Of a stretch of DNA of 64,000 nucleotides, positions 46,501 through 59,789 are shown piece after piece. The DNA lies in contig NW_027266266.1 of assembly GCF_022045235.1 (NCBI RefSeq), positions 48,298,001 through 48,362,000 on the forward strand, written 5' to 3'. The translations under genes were made by a program, and so were the position numbers. The notes below the pieces were generated by a model, which saw only the letters and a program-made list of their open reading frames with translations, was not told the DNA's origin and did no database searches. The number at the start of each line of letters is the position of its first letter. The first letter of the stretch is position 1. The stretch comes from Haliotis cracherodii. Taxonomy: Eukaryota.

Positions 46501-48010
46501 CCAAGGGTACAAATCTACGTTTGAACATAGCTTCATAAAACATTGATGCATGAACATTTCCGTTGGAACTAAACTAACTGAACAGAATAAGCTGTGGATA
46601 AAATGATGTTTATGAAATCACCTTCATATAATTACTTAACATTTGTTGTGTGTTCATGTAGTCTATAACACAGTATCATAAACGATCATGTAGTTCATAT
46701 AATTTAAGTATCTTAACAGACAACTTGCAATTGTGAAAAAAGGTACAGCGATTCTAATGGCAAATCTTCCCCGATCCGTCTTGTCCATGTGGAGACCCAT
46801 TTGAAGATACTATACTTTTTATGCTCGATTGTATATTATTTCAAAGTTTTAGAACTCATGCTTACTTTAATCATGATTTTACAATTGGTGACATTCTTTT
46901 AATGTATATATGACACATTTAGGTATTATTGATATATCATGTTCTTTTTATTACGGGCTTCGAATTTCCCCCACGCCACTGCTTTGAGGCCTTACAAACT
47001 AAGAACTACAATTGTGAAAATACCGGTCATGGTTTGTTTCATCCGAGGCTGGAATCTATCCTAGAAAGCAGATGGACCTTGTGATAACATTGTCTCAATT
47101 TAAGTAATGATAAATAAAACAATTTTATTATTGGACAGAGACAAGAGAACTATTTTTAATATATACATACTTCATGGGGGCTACTCAATTTTGAAAGGAT
47201 AAAGGGTGAAACATTTCATTTTGTTCTGAGGTAGTTTACTGTAACTGTGAATAGTACGGTAGGCTTGACCGCCTTTCTTCAGATTAAATACATGTCTGTC
47301 TGATACGAATATGCATCAATATAAAGGGAATTATATCAAACTTTAGCAAACTAACACTTCTCTCCAAGTGATTGTAGTCGTCAATGGGAATTTCAGATGA
47401 ACGACCTGTGCTCACTTAATATATGGATATAGTTAAAACTGCAATCGGGATCTGCCAATGGTGCTGTGCTATGTTCAAATTTTGGTGTGTATGTGCGCGC
47501 GTGTATGTGTGTTTGTTTGTGTGTGTGAGTTTACAAGAACCTTGTAAGTTTTAAAAAGGAACACGAGATTGAATAACTCTAAAAAACTGCTGCTGTAAAA
47601 ATCTGCTGTAATTCAGAAGTAACATTTCAACCACGTTCAATAATTGAACAAACACCACATATTGATACTCAAAATCAACAACATATCGATCAGAAAACAA
47701 CACTTTCAGTAGGTGAAATTACGGCAGGTTTATTCATCATGATTTGGAAAAATAGGTTTGACTAAGCTAAGTAGCAGTCTCGGCTAATTAAGTCTAGAGC
47801 CAGTATACAATACTTCTTAATATACCATGAAGTGCAGATGCAGCTTTCCCTGCAAGATTTACTAGAGCTTCTCCTAATGACTTTAAATTCTATTGCTCCA
47901 CTCTTTTACACCATCCTTATCATTATTAAAAAGTAGCAACAACAAATGAATAATAATTATATGTCCAGAGGAAAGGGAAAAAGTGTAAAATCGAGAAATA
48001 TAGAAATATA

Positions 48011-48813
48011 TACTCTCTCAAAAAAGAAAAGCATAACGAAAATGGTAATTTGATGCAGCAATGTATTGGTACAGGGTGGGTTTTTCAAAAATATTTGTTT
48101 TGTTTATGATTTCTCTGGTGTTTTTTGTCTTAAAACGTCATATCCAAACGCATCCCGCATGAAAAACCCGTATGTTAAAGCATGATTTTCGATAGACGCA
48201 TTTAATGTCACAGAACACGTAACGTATTGCACGTGCAATGCGCGGGAAACTCGGGGATCACATCGTGTCGTGGATGGGTATAAAAGATAGACCTCCCTCT
48301 TTTTTCATTCACTTTACTTGGAAGTTTGTGAAGACTGCAAAATGCCATGACTGAGCCGCACCAATCGTCACATCGCCATAGGTCTCCTGGAAGCAGGACA
48401 ATCTCAACTTACAGTTGCCCGTCGAATAAATGTTCATCAAAGCACGATTTCTCGTCTCTGGGAGAGATATCGGCAGCCCCAGACACTCCAGCAACTAGCA
48501 CATGCACTACAGGCAGAGTGGGCTACATTGCAGCAACATCAGATTCAGAGACTAGTTAGTTCTATGCCGAGACGATGTCGCGCAGTTCTGAAGGCCAGTG
48601 GTGGTCATACGAGGTACTCACTTCAACGCCATCAAACGTCCATGTGTGATTCTATACTGACTTTTTCCGATGTCTTTTTAAACAGTGATACCTTGACATT
48701 TCCTGTGTAAAATTTCTTCGAATTCCATTTGCTACTAACTTGTCCACAGTGTATCAAAATGAAAAGAAATCTGTAGTTAAAATTCTTATATGCGTTTCTT
48801 TTTTGAGAGAGTA
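48011..48813 (+). mobile_element. Internally deleted Tc1-like transposon
   Basis: TIRs TACTCTCTCAAAAAAGAAA; N-terminal HIAIGLLEAG...STISRLWERY joined to C-terminal LVSSMPRRCRAVLKASGGHTRY. Confidence 0.85.
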
Positions 48814-49656
48814 TATTTTCTCATGACATGAAAGAATAGAGTAAATATGTGGCCATGCTGCGTTCAAGACACAATTCTTCTATAAATAATAAACTATTAT
48901 ACCAGATGACAAACTTACTTATCCTGTCACATTAATCCTTATTTACAATGAATGCATGTCAACTGACTAAACAAACATCCTTTTTATATACTTAAGTAGA
49001 AGAGGTTTAACCTCGGTTTATAATGTATGCTGTTTGTACATGAGAAATAAAATAACGAAAGTCATGTTGCCGTCTTTTAAATCCCTTTTTAATCCTCATA
49101 ATACCTCTATGGTACACTTGTCAGTAATGGTTGGGTAATTTTTAACCCAGAACAATAGGTGCCGGCAAACCGAGGTGTCCCCGTAGAAGTATCACGAGGG
49201 ACAGTGCATGCAACTGTTTGTCAAACAATATCAAGCAATATTTTAGATTCAGAATCACCATACCGTGACATAACAAAAACATATATATTACATTGTATGT
49301 ATTCATATTTTCCGCTATTCGTGATACATTTATTTTACCGTCACTGTTTAAAACTACTCTTAACTACTTGTATGTATAGATCATCTTATTTGTAAACAGT
49401 AGGCGAACGTATTATATATCTAACTGTTACAAAAATCTGCTGAAATCTTCTATTTCTTTATCATGTAAAATGCTGTCAACATGAATAAATGCCAATTATT
49501 TCATAACACACCAAATAAAATTGTAATAATGAACATAGTTTTAAAGTATATTTGTCACATGCAATAATACTGTCTGGTATTATTTGTAATATTATCAACT
49601 CTCATATTGTGAGAATATAGTAAGAAGAAACTGAGTGAAGCAGTGGTAAAATCTAT

Positions 49657-49812
49657 CCATATATACAAAATTGTATATTTTTGAATATACCATATATACA
49701 AAATTGCATATTTCTGGATATACCATATATACAAAATTGTATATTTTTGGATATACCATACATACAAAATTGTATATTTTTGGATATACCATACATACAA
49801 ATTATATATTTT
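49657..49812. repeat. 33-bp minisatellite (~4.5 copies)
   Basis: CCATATATACAAAATTGTATATTTTTGGATATA units. Confidence 0.9.
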
Positions 49813-52217
49813 GAATATATTGGAATTTTCCCTTGTAATACAACAAGCAGTATACAGTGTGTCGCGAGCTCAGCCCTGGGCTGGAGCACACATTTTCTAC
49901 CCCTCTCCCTTCGGCAAACACCTCATGGGGGGTGTAACGAGGTCACAGGTCAGGCGTGCACTCGTCAGTTGTCTGATACGGTCAAGAGTAAGATTGTTGA
50001 TGAGGTACAACGTGTTTGGAACTGGGAGTTGAACACGAAGCACTTATAGAGAAGAGCTCACAATAAAACGTTATGGACTCGCGGACTGACTTGTGTTTTC
50101 AATTCAAGACGTACATGTATCAGGTTGAACTTCTACGACAGATATAACTTTACCGCTCCCTAACTGTAACATTAGCTGAACTTTACGCCTTTTATACACA
50201 TTTGTGATGGGGCAACAATGCAACAACGAGACATATTTTGACATTGAAAATGTCGCGCTACGGCATTGTCGCCCTTTTGTAAAATATAGAAAAAGATTAT
50301 TCAAAGAGTGACAATGCGACAAATGGCCAAAATATCGCGTGTCGAATTGTCGCGCTTTGGTTAATTTTGACACGTTTTGCTTGTTTTTGTAAGGGCGTCA
50401 ATGCGACAATACGACAACGCGACAATGTCCCTTCCAAGATTCCATAGTTAACATGCCAATTTTAAGATATAATGTAAAAATGCGCTATAGCTCTTCAAGA
50501 AGGTTTATCAATAATGGGATGGGTAATGAGTTCATCTTCATGCCGAGTCTATACGCTGTGATTAACAACAATGCCATGAGTTAATACATTTCTTTTCAAA
50601 TGTATGACTTGTATTACCTGTAGGAACATATTGTTTATACTCGTCCAAGTTTTTGACGGACAATATAATTTACATGCTCGGTAATAGCGAGGACGGGCAT
50701 CATTGTGTGTTTCCGTGCTTTGTTCAGGTGAACAATTACCTTGTCCTTGCATGTGTTTGTGACGGGTGCCACCTGTGTGGCAGGATACGATCACCTTTTC
50801 GCGAACACCCGTTGGATGGCCTGAACCACTTCGGATTTTTATCCCACATCAGTCTGATACACCGCGATATAACTGAAATACTGTTCAAAGTGATGTTTAA
50901 TGCGATCGTTGTGTGTTACTGCAACTGTCCAAATTGTGTGTAGTGATGTTATGTAATATGTAAAATAAAGCATATTCAGTTATCCAATTGATTTGATTAG
51001 AATATACTTGCGTCAGAGTATTTTATGAACGCCCCAAACCGTATTTGTTAAACACATATAATAACAGATCATATACACGCATGGTGCCTTGACTTACTAT
51101 TGGCTTTAATAGGCCATTCCGGAATAAAATAGTTCCCCAAAAAGCGAGGAACATCTGTTTTAGTTTGTTTACAAGAAATATATTCCAAAATATATCTCCA
51201 TTAGATGTGAAGGCCTGTTAAGAACTACCTCAGTAAGTAAATTACAATGACAGGGCGTCGTAATACATTTACATCAAGTACAAGACGTCAAAATGGCCGA
51301 CATGATAAACGTGACGGGAGATATTTCCGAAGTTGTTAATTAACATGTGGCGATTTCAAGCCTTTATCATCACTGATCAATTGGTCGATCATTGAAAGGT
51401 GACTGTAAAGATGTGTCAAATAGATACCAAGGTAAATTTATAGATTGCTGTAGATTGTCACTACGATAGTTTGGATTTTTTTGTTTTTTTTCTGTAGGAT
51501 GGGTTGTAGCGATGGTATCCTTGAACGGGCATGCAACCAAACTCTATGACTTATCCCAGAGTATGCTAAGACGCTACGTTCAAAATTAAAGGCTCTAAAT
51601 GATGAGAAACAACGCTTCCGTATGAATTCGTACTTGGGAATTCCCAGGATTTTCCCTAGGAATGTGGAAGTAGTCAGTGCTTACGTCATTTCAAGAATAC
51701 AGTCACGTGAAAAACTTCATGTGACCCACCTCTCGTCCTATGGAAAAGCCGTATATCGTGTAAACTTCACATTAAAATAAATTAGTTACTGTTATAACTA
51801 AATGAAACACAACCCATTATCCGATAGAGGTAACTGTGCATAGCCACTAAACTTGGTAACATGGTTTGGTTTGACTTGTCTGAATTCCATTAACATGCTA
51901 CATATCCTAAAACTGACTAATCAGCAAATCTCGCTGCACTGCGCGCGACAGATACTAGAACAATGCATGCCAGAAATACGAAACCTAATGCTTCCAAAAG
52001 GAAGCCTTGGGCATCACGTGCGTCGGGGTACCAGCGTCATCTGATTGGCCGTTAACAGTTGTACAAGGCGGAGCAAAAAGCATCGTTTTTCCGTCCATTT
52101 TACGCTTGAACAAATCGACGTTTTTCCGTACACTTTCTAGACGCTAACCTATTAATCAATTTTAATGAATTTTTAGTCGTTTTTCCGTCTACGGAAAAAA
52201 CGACGTTTTGCAGTATT

Positions 52218-53520
52218 ATGGGCGTAATAAATCACATAAATCGATCTAATTTTCTGAAAGCCAGTAAAACGTACAGTAAAACTTTAAAACAATCGTTCAA
52301 CTCCTTTGGACTGAATTGTGCTGAAAAGTTACGTACTGCACAAGATAAAGATCAAAAATTATTTTGGAATGTACTAAAATCATTTGATAATAGAACTAAA
52401 AAGGATGAAATAGATATAGATAAGTTACTCACTCACGATAATGAGCCTGTCCTTGGTGACTTGTTACCTTATGATGAGTTAGATTGTGCGATTACTCTTA
52501 AAACTAACAAAGCTTGTGGGTTAGATAATATATGTAACGAGTATATCAAAGCTTCTATTCACCTCATGTTGCCTGTTTATGTAATATTGTTTAACTTAAT
52601 CTTTGACAGTGGTGTTTTACTTGAAACTTGGCTTGTTGGCATGATTAGGCCCATTTACAAAAACAAGGGCGATCCTGGGGATCCAGACAGCTATAGGGGC
52701 ATATCAATTATAAGTTGCTTGGGTAAAGTTTTCACCTCCGTTTTGAATAACCGACTACAAGCTTACTCTGATCACGTTGACCTGATAGTCAAAGCCCAAG
52801 CCGGGTTCAGGAAAAACTACTCAACTACTGATAATATATATATTTTAAAAGCACTCGTGGATGTATACTTAAACTATAATAAGAGGCTGTATTGTATTTT
52901 TGTTGATTTTAGTAAGGCCTTTGAACCGATTTGGCGTTGTGGCCTTTGGTACAAATGATTCAAAGTAATATCACTGGTAAATGCTTTAATGTTATCAATA
53001 ACATGTACAAACACATAAAATGTGTTTCTCATAATGGTAGTGTCACTGAATTCTTTCCTTGTAACATAGGAGTCAGGCAAGGCAAAAACTTATCGCCATT
53101 TCTCTTTGCCCTTTATCTAAATGACCTTGAGTCTTTTTTTTGTCAGATAACGACGTTATTGGTCTTGAAAAAGTAAATGATTACGTTCTAAAAGAAATTG
53201 GAAGTTTTATCAAGCTATTGGTAATTCTTTACGCGGATGATACAGTCCTAATGTCTGAGGCGCCTTCCGACCTGAAACTATGTTTAAAAGTATTTGAAAA
53301 TTATTGTCATCACTGGAAACTCAAGGTAAACACTACTAAAACAAAAATTGTAGCTTTTGCTAAACGATCTTTTAAAATTGCCTGTACATTTAGACTTCAA
53401 GATACGATTCTCCTTATTGAAAAACAAAATGTCTTTCTGGGCATTTTATTTTCAAGCAATTTTGCTATTTTTAGAAAAAATACGAGTATTAGAAGTACCA
53501 GTTGACTGTCAACTTAAACT
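52218..53520 (+). mobile_element. Non-LTR retrotransposon RT relic (RTE-X/Proto2-like)
   Basis: YRGISIISCLGKVF, QAGFR, FVDFSKAF, GVRQG.NLSP and YADD; stops and frameshifts. Confidence 0.85.
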
Positions 53521-53559
53521 GTTTGACTAACTTGGTTTAAAATTTTGGGGTTTATTGCC

Positions 53560-54180
53560 AGCTTGTTTGTTTGTACTTTTTTCAATGCGGCCAAGTAGGC
53601 CTGTTGTGATTAGATATATGCCTAGTGCTTTAATGGTTATGTAAGTAATTTAGGGGGTTAAGTTCCGTTGCTAGTGTCATTTGATTGTTGCAATTTAGTG
53701 TGGATTGGAGTGTTGTTCTGTGTTGCTGATAATGTGTGCAATCTAGTATTACGTGTTCAGGCGTTTCTTTTAAGTTGCAGTGGTGGCATTTACCGGTTTG
53801 GTGGTTTTTTTTAATTTGGTGTAGGTGGGAGTTTAACTTAGTGTGGCCTGTTTGTAGTTTAGTTATCACTGGATTTGTTTGTTTTTTGGAGTGGCTTTTG
53901 TAGCAGGTGTTTTAGTTTACAATCAGATTTCTGATAGTTATTTTGCCACTTTTGGAAGATTTCCTCCTTTGTGAAACTTTTAATTTCGTTTTTTGATATT
54001 GGTAGGTTGATGCTTACTTCTTCTAATTTTAGTGCTGATTTGGTTGCTGTGCCTGCGTGTTCATTGCCAAAACCCCAACGTGGGCAGGGATCCAAACTAT
54101 TTCTGTGTCTTTACCTAGTTTACGTAGATTGTTGGCGCTTTTAATTATCTGTTGTATTAGTTTTGGTCGTGGCTTTGTTT
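53560..54180 (-). mobile_element. RNase H/CCHC LINE 3' fragment related to 1-1094
   Basis: WIPAHVG; ITKLQTGH...CHHC...ETPEHVILDC. Confidence 0.8.
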
Positions 54181-55199
54181 CGCAAATACACAAAGATGTT
54201 CTAACAAGTTTCATGACACATGATTTAATTCATTTTAACTTAATTCAACCTTTTTACGGCGTTTTTGAAATATTTCGCCCAGGGCGAGAAAGTTTGGCAC
54301 ATGGGCGAGAATATTTTCCTTTGCTCAGCAGTTTTAGTTTCGCAAATACGTAAAGGTGTGTCTACAAGCACGACACATGATTCAACTAATTTTAACTTAG
54401 TTCAACTAATTTGTGGCGTTATTAAAATATTTCGTCAGACCCTTTAAAGCATTAACTAGTTGTGTGCAAAGTGTATTGTATCATGTAAAATATACTTTAT
54501 ATTATACCATTACATTACTATTTAAAAAGGGCCTTTAGTTGAATGTTTCCTTAATAGAAGTTTTACAAATTTCACTTTTGTACATATTGTAACGATCTTT
54601 AATGAACCCGGCCTAAACTCTCAAAACGTTTGGATAGTTAATCATACGAATTCTTGCGCGTCTACTCCGATTCATTGGCGTTATTTTCCACAACATTCAA
54701 GTTTAGTTAGTTTCTTTTTCATTTCCCATTTTATGTCTCGTTGTTACATGACATTGGGCAATTAAGTGACACTAGGTATGCAATATACACGTACACGTAA
54801 ACGAGTCGTCTTTCATTGCATAACGTCTGGCTGAATATCAATCAACGGTGTATAAAATCTGAAAATCATATCGGTCGGAGACCCACAAAATTCCCAAGTT
54901 TTATTAATTACAATATTTATTACACTGCACATACTTAAGTGATACATTTTTCACAGGAGAGGGCATACACACGAGTATATTGCTTCCGTGTGTGATTGCA
55001 GGTTATACTTGGCATCTCAGTTCTCAGCTTCATACCTGTTGTATATCTGAATTTGTATATTATATGGAACCATGTGTACAGCTTGACAATTACTTGCTAG
55101 TCGTCAGTCTACAACACACAAAATACGGTCCAACAATTTTGGGCACCGCTTTTGCAAGTTGTTTAGTACAATAATGTTTTATTAAAATCTATTTCAATT

Positions 55200-56695
55200 T
55201 GTTTTGTCGTGGAAAAAATATGCATACAATAGAGAGGCAGTTACAAATCTGTCTCAATAAAATTCATAAATGGTCCCTTGAAAACGGGTTTACATTTTCT
55301 AATTAAAAAACTGTCTGCAGAATATGTAAGCCGCATAAGGACCCTGAACTATCTTTGAATGGCATCCCTATGAAAGTTGTAAAGGAGGCCTTGTTCTTGG
55401 GCCATATTTTCGATAGCCATTTAACATTCCTTCCGCCTTTTAATTACCTTAAAGCTAAATGTCTGAAGGCACTTGATTTATTGAAAGTAGTTTCCAATTC
55501 TCAGTGGGGAGGGGATCAAACAACCCTCTTACACTTGTACAGGTCACTCATGCGTTCAAAACTCGATTACGGCTCCATTATCTATGGTGGAGTCTGCAAA
55601 AGTAATTTAAAAAACTAGATACTATCCATCATCAGAGCCTGAGGCTTTGACTTGGAGCCTTTAGAACTTCTCCCATTCACAGTATGTAGAAGCGGATGAG
55701 CCTTTTCTTAAACAACGCGGTCTGAAATTATCTTTACAATCGATCTCTAAATTATATTCCAATCAGTCAAATCCAGCTTTTAATTGCGTATTTAATCGTC
55801 TTTACCAAGATATTTACAATATGAAAACATCTCTTGTTCCACAACTTGGAATAAGAATTAATATGTCGTTTCTGCTGCTAAGATTAACTTTCAGGACATA
55901 CCTCCCATACAACTTTTTCATCGCCTCCTTGGCAAATGGTAAGGCCAAATGTAGACCTCGCATTAACTGGACTTAAGAAATAAGATACAAATCCACTAAT
56001 TTATAAACAAGAATACAATCAATTACGAAACACTTATGACACTTATAAATATATATTTACAGATGGATCCAAGGATGGTGGCGCAGTTGCTAGTGCCACT
56101 GTCATTTGATCCAGAACAGTATCTTCACGACTTCCAGACAATAGTTCAAAATTCACAGCAGAAGCAAACGCAATTTTAACAGCACTAAAATATATCAAGA
56201 AACATTAAAAAAATAAACAATTCATTATTTTTTCAGATTCACTTTCGTGCCTTCAGGCTATTAAAAATATGTCATGTAAACATCCATTTGTAATTGAAAT
56301 AATTGAGTTATTTAATGATCTTGCTCCTGGCCAAGATGACATCGTCTTTTGTTGGTTACCCAGCCATGTTGGTATCATTGGTAACACATTGGCCGATGCT
56401 GCTGCAAAAACAGCACTCAACAAATCTGTGACACCAATTCTGATCCCTTACATGGGCTATAAACCCGTGATGATATCTTACATTCGAGATCTAATGCAAA
56501 AGATCTAGAAGTGGGACACCCAAGTAGGTATAAATAAATTACATGAAATTAAACCAATTATAAGATATACCTTCTTGGGCAGGCAGTCCAGATTTGAAGA
56601 GGTCAGTATGCGACGATGTCGTATTGGCCACAGCAGATATAGCCATGAATATCTATTTTTAGGTGGGGATCCTCCGTTTTGTACCCCTTGTGACG
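55200..56695 (+). mobile_element. I/Nimb-like LINE relic (RT C-terminus, RNase H)
   Basis: LYRSLMRSKLDYGS, FTDGSK, FSDSLS, WLPSHVGIIGNTLADAAAK and RRCRIGH; many stops. Confidence 0.85.
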
Positions 56696-58374
56696 TAAAT
56701 TGAAGGGGAAATTAACACCGACAGAGCTTATCCCTAAAATGAGTCACTTAGACTACAAAATAAACGATTACGTCTCAATAACGGCTTACAATCAAAACTG
56801 AGTATTACAAACCCTAGTAACTACGTTTAGTTTAGTTCAACAAGACTAAGTCAGAATCTAGATCGACAAAGCCCCAAACCCACTTACTGACGAAACCTGA
56901 GTTTCGACCGTGACCACTCCAGTTGCGAGACAATCGTGAACGATTTAAGGAAGTCTGGAGGGAGAAGATACGAGATCTAGAAAGTCTATACATATCCCGC
57001 GTGTTTGAAGTGCTGAACATAAGATATCCAAGATTCACAAACAAGCTACTACAATTATTGACGAGGCAAACATGACCACAAATACATGAGATATATCTGA
57101 CTGTAGATATAAATGCCCATAATATTTGCAAATGATAAATACAAAAACACATTCAGTACAATAAATGGTAGTAAACATATGAAGGACAACATACATCCAG
57201 TCATTACATGGTTAAGAGTGTCACAAGATTGCAAGAGAGAAAAATAGTTCGGCCACTAATTTCCTGACACCAACGCTCACACACTGTAAGATAGCAACCG
57301 CCGCGGTTACAAAATTAACACTTTCAAATTAGTTTTTTACGTCACAAGGCGATGCATGGGTGACACATTCATGCCACATGTTTTCTGAATGCACTTATCC
57401 AGGCCCTCCGATCTATTTGAATAAAAAGAAGCATTATCGTAATTAATGTAAGCAATTACTTGTGAATATCTACTAAGTGGGAAGGAATAATTTACAATGT
57501 GACATAAATGAAGTAACTATCTTCTTAACAGGGGTACGCATTTAAATCACAACAGAAATTAATGCACATTGAACGTAAATAAAATATTTCACTTCAATAC
57601 AAATTATTCATCTTCGGCAAAAATGTAATTTTTATGCATTATCGATGTATTTTAATGGGAGTCGAATGGGAGTCAGTCATAGAGCTAGATAAATGACTTC
57701 ACTCATAATTTCATTCATTGTTCACGTCTTAGAGCCAGATCCTGTATTTGTCCAATAATTGTTGATATAAACAGGGCTAATAAAGAAATATATCAGTCAG
57801 TGTCAACACTAGGCAATTCGTCTGTGGCTTCTTAATTTATTAACAGATACCCCTACCAGATCATATGGCTACCACACAGTTCCCAAGTGTCTGATGAAGT
57901 GGACGGATGGGCGAGATGTCAGACATACTCAGCGTGTTCGGAGACCATATTTGACCACTGCCCATTTATTTGCGATATCTGATACCAAAAGAAACACGTC
58001 TCGCACGTTAGATAACAAATTCTGATGTATATGAATAATGGCTGCACGATGCCACGTATTTAATGAATTCTTGTCAAGACTGACCAAAAGACTGGTTGTC
58101 GCCGCCATTTCTCGCACGCCGTTTCTGTCTGGATAAGGTGTTGTCAATTGACTATGATCGGCTTTTGACGGATGCAGACAAGGTTATTCCGCTGCATTTG
58201 GCCGAGTTTCCCATAGCTGCTGCGCACGTATTCCGCAACCGATGTTTTGCAATGTGACCACCACATGAGATGATTCCTGATCACTCTCATTCCATCGCTT
58301 ATCTCTTTTCTATAGGCCTATATGTATAAACATTGTGATTTTCCCTTCCTTTAATCAGTTCTCATTCTGGTTAG

Positions 58375-58630
58375 GATTTGTTTGTTTATTTGTTGTTAAT
58401 AGTCCAGCTTCAGATGGCGGTCTGTAAATAATCGAGTATGGACTAGACAATCCAGTGATTGCTATAATGCGCGTCGATCTCGCAATTGGGAGACGATGAC
58501 ATGCATCAATCAAGTCAGCGAGCCTGACCACCCGATCCCGTTAGTCGCCTCTTACGACAAGCACAGTCACCTTTTACGGCACACATGGGTTGCTGAAGAC
58601 CTATTCTAACACGGTTTTGTACGGGTCTCT
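58375..58630 (-). mobile_element. SINE
   Basis: Homology to 22945-23070; (AAAC)n tail. Confidence 0.65.
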
Positions 58631-59172
58631 AGTTAGGAGGTCAGTCTTTAATTGAACAGTCAAAATAATGAACATTATCTTGTTAACGAGAATTATCACT
58701 GACCTCAACAATATCCATTCATATTAAACATGGTAGCCAGATCTGCATTAGGTTGCAATGTGGTTCAGTTAATATGTTAATTGCTTAACAACTATTCTCA
58801 CTGATAATTTAATGAAAAAAAACCCATTATATAACCTATATATATATATATAAAGATTTGCTTCATAAATCCGCATTCAATTCAGTGTCTACTCTGATAC
58901 ACTGAAATACCGAATCTACTAGATGCAATTAAAGGCATCTTACATCATGTCAGATGCCAGGTGTCAGCTGACCTAAGATAACCCATTCCTATCCGTTGGA
59001 TATTGAAATAAATAGACATGCTAGACATATTTTAACGATGGCACTAAATATATCAAATGCCAATAACACATATAGTGAGTGAACCACGTCCAGGGGCATA
59101 TCTTTCTCTAAATATTTCGGCATCTCTTCATACCTACACTGAGCACATCCTAAGCCATAAACACCCTGACAC

Positions 59173-59728
59173 ATGCAGTCAGTATACTTTACTTTCTGTA
59201 TTGTGTCACATGCAGTCAGTATATTCTACTTCCTGTCGTGTGCCACGTGCAGTCAGTATACTTTACTTTCTGTAGTGTGTGATATGCAGTCGGTATATTT
59301 TACTTCCTGTCGTGTGCCAAGTGCAGTCAGTATACTTTACTCTCTGTAGTGTGTGATATGCGGTCGGTAATTTTACTTCCTGTCGTGTGCCACGTGCAGT
59401 CAGTATACTTTACTTTCTGTAGTGTGTGATATGCAATCGGTATATTTTACTTCCTGTCGTGTGCCACGTGCAGTCAGTATACTTTACTTTCTGTAGTGTG
59501 TGATATGCAATCGGTATATTTTACTTCCTGTCGTGTGCCACGTGCAGTCAGTATACTTTACTTTCTGTAGTGTGTGATATGCAGTCGGTATATTTTACTT
59601 CCTGTCGTGTGCCACGTGCAGTCAGTATACTTTACTTTCTGTAGTGTGTAATATGCTGTCGGTATATTTTACTTCCTGTCGTGTGCCACGTGCAGTCAGT
59701 ATACTTTACTTTCTGTAGTGTGTCACAT
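59173..59728. repeat. 37-bp minisatellite with alternating A/B monomers (74-bp higher-order unit)
   Basis: GTGCAGTCAGTATACTTTACTTTCTGTAGTGTGTGAT alternates with ATGCAGTCGGTATATTTTACTTCCTGTCGTGTGCCAC. Confidence 0.92.
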
Positions 59729-59789
59729 GTACCCGGAACACGTTATTTCCTATCTGGTTAGTTGCGGTGTGTGTTGACATGTGGTAGTT

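Noticed and set aside
49925-50170. Possible small LTR (G-run + TGTAAC...AATAAA...GTAACA); similar hints at 45400-45790 and 56690-57270
   Set aside because: No second LTR, TSD or coding support within the window
59173-59728. CRISPR-like repeat/spacer pattern
   Set aside because: The alternating units are both repeated and related to each other; this is a minisatellite
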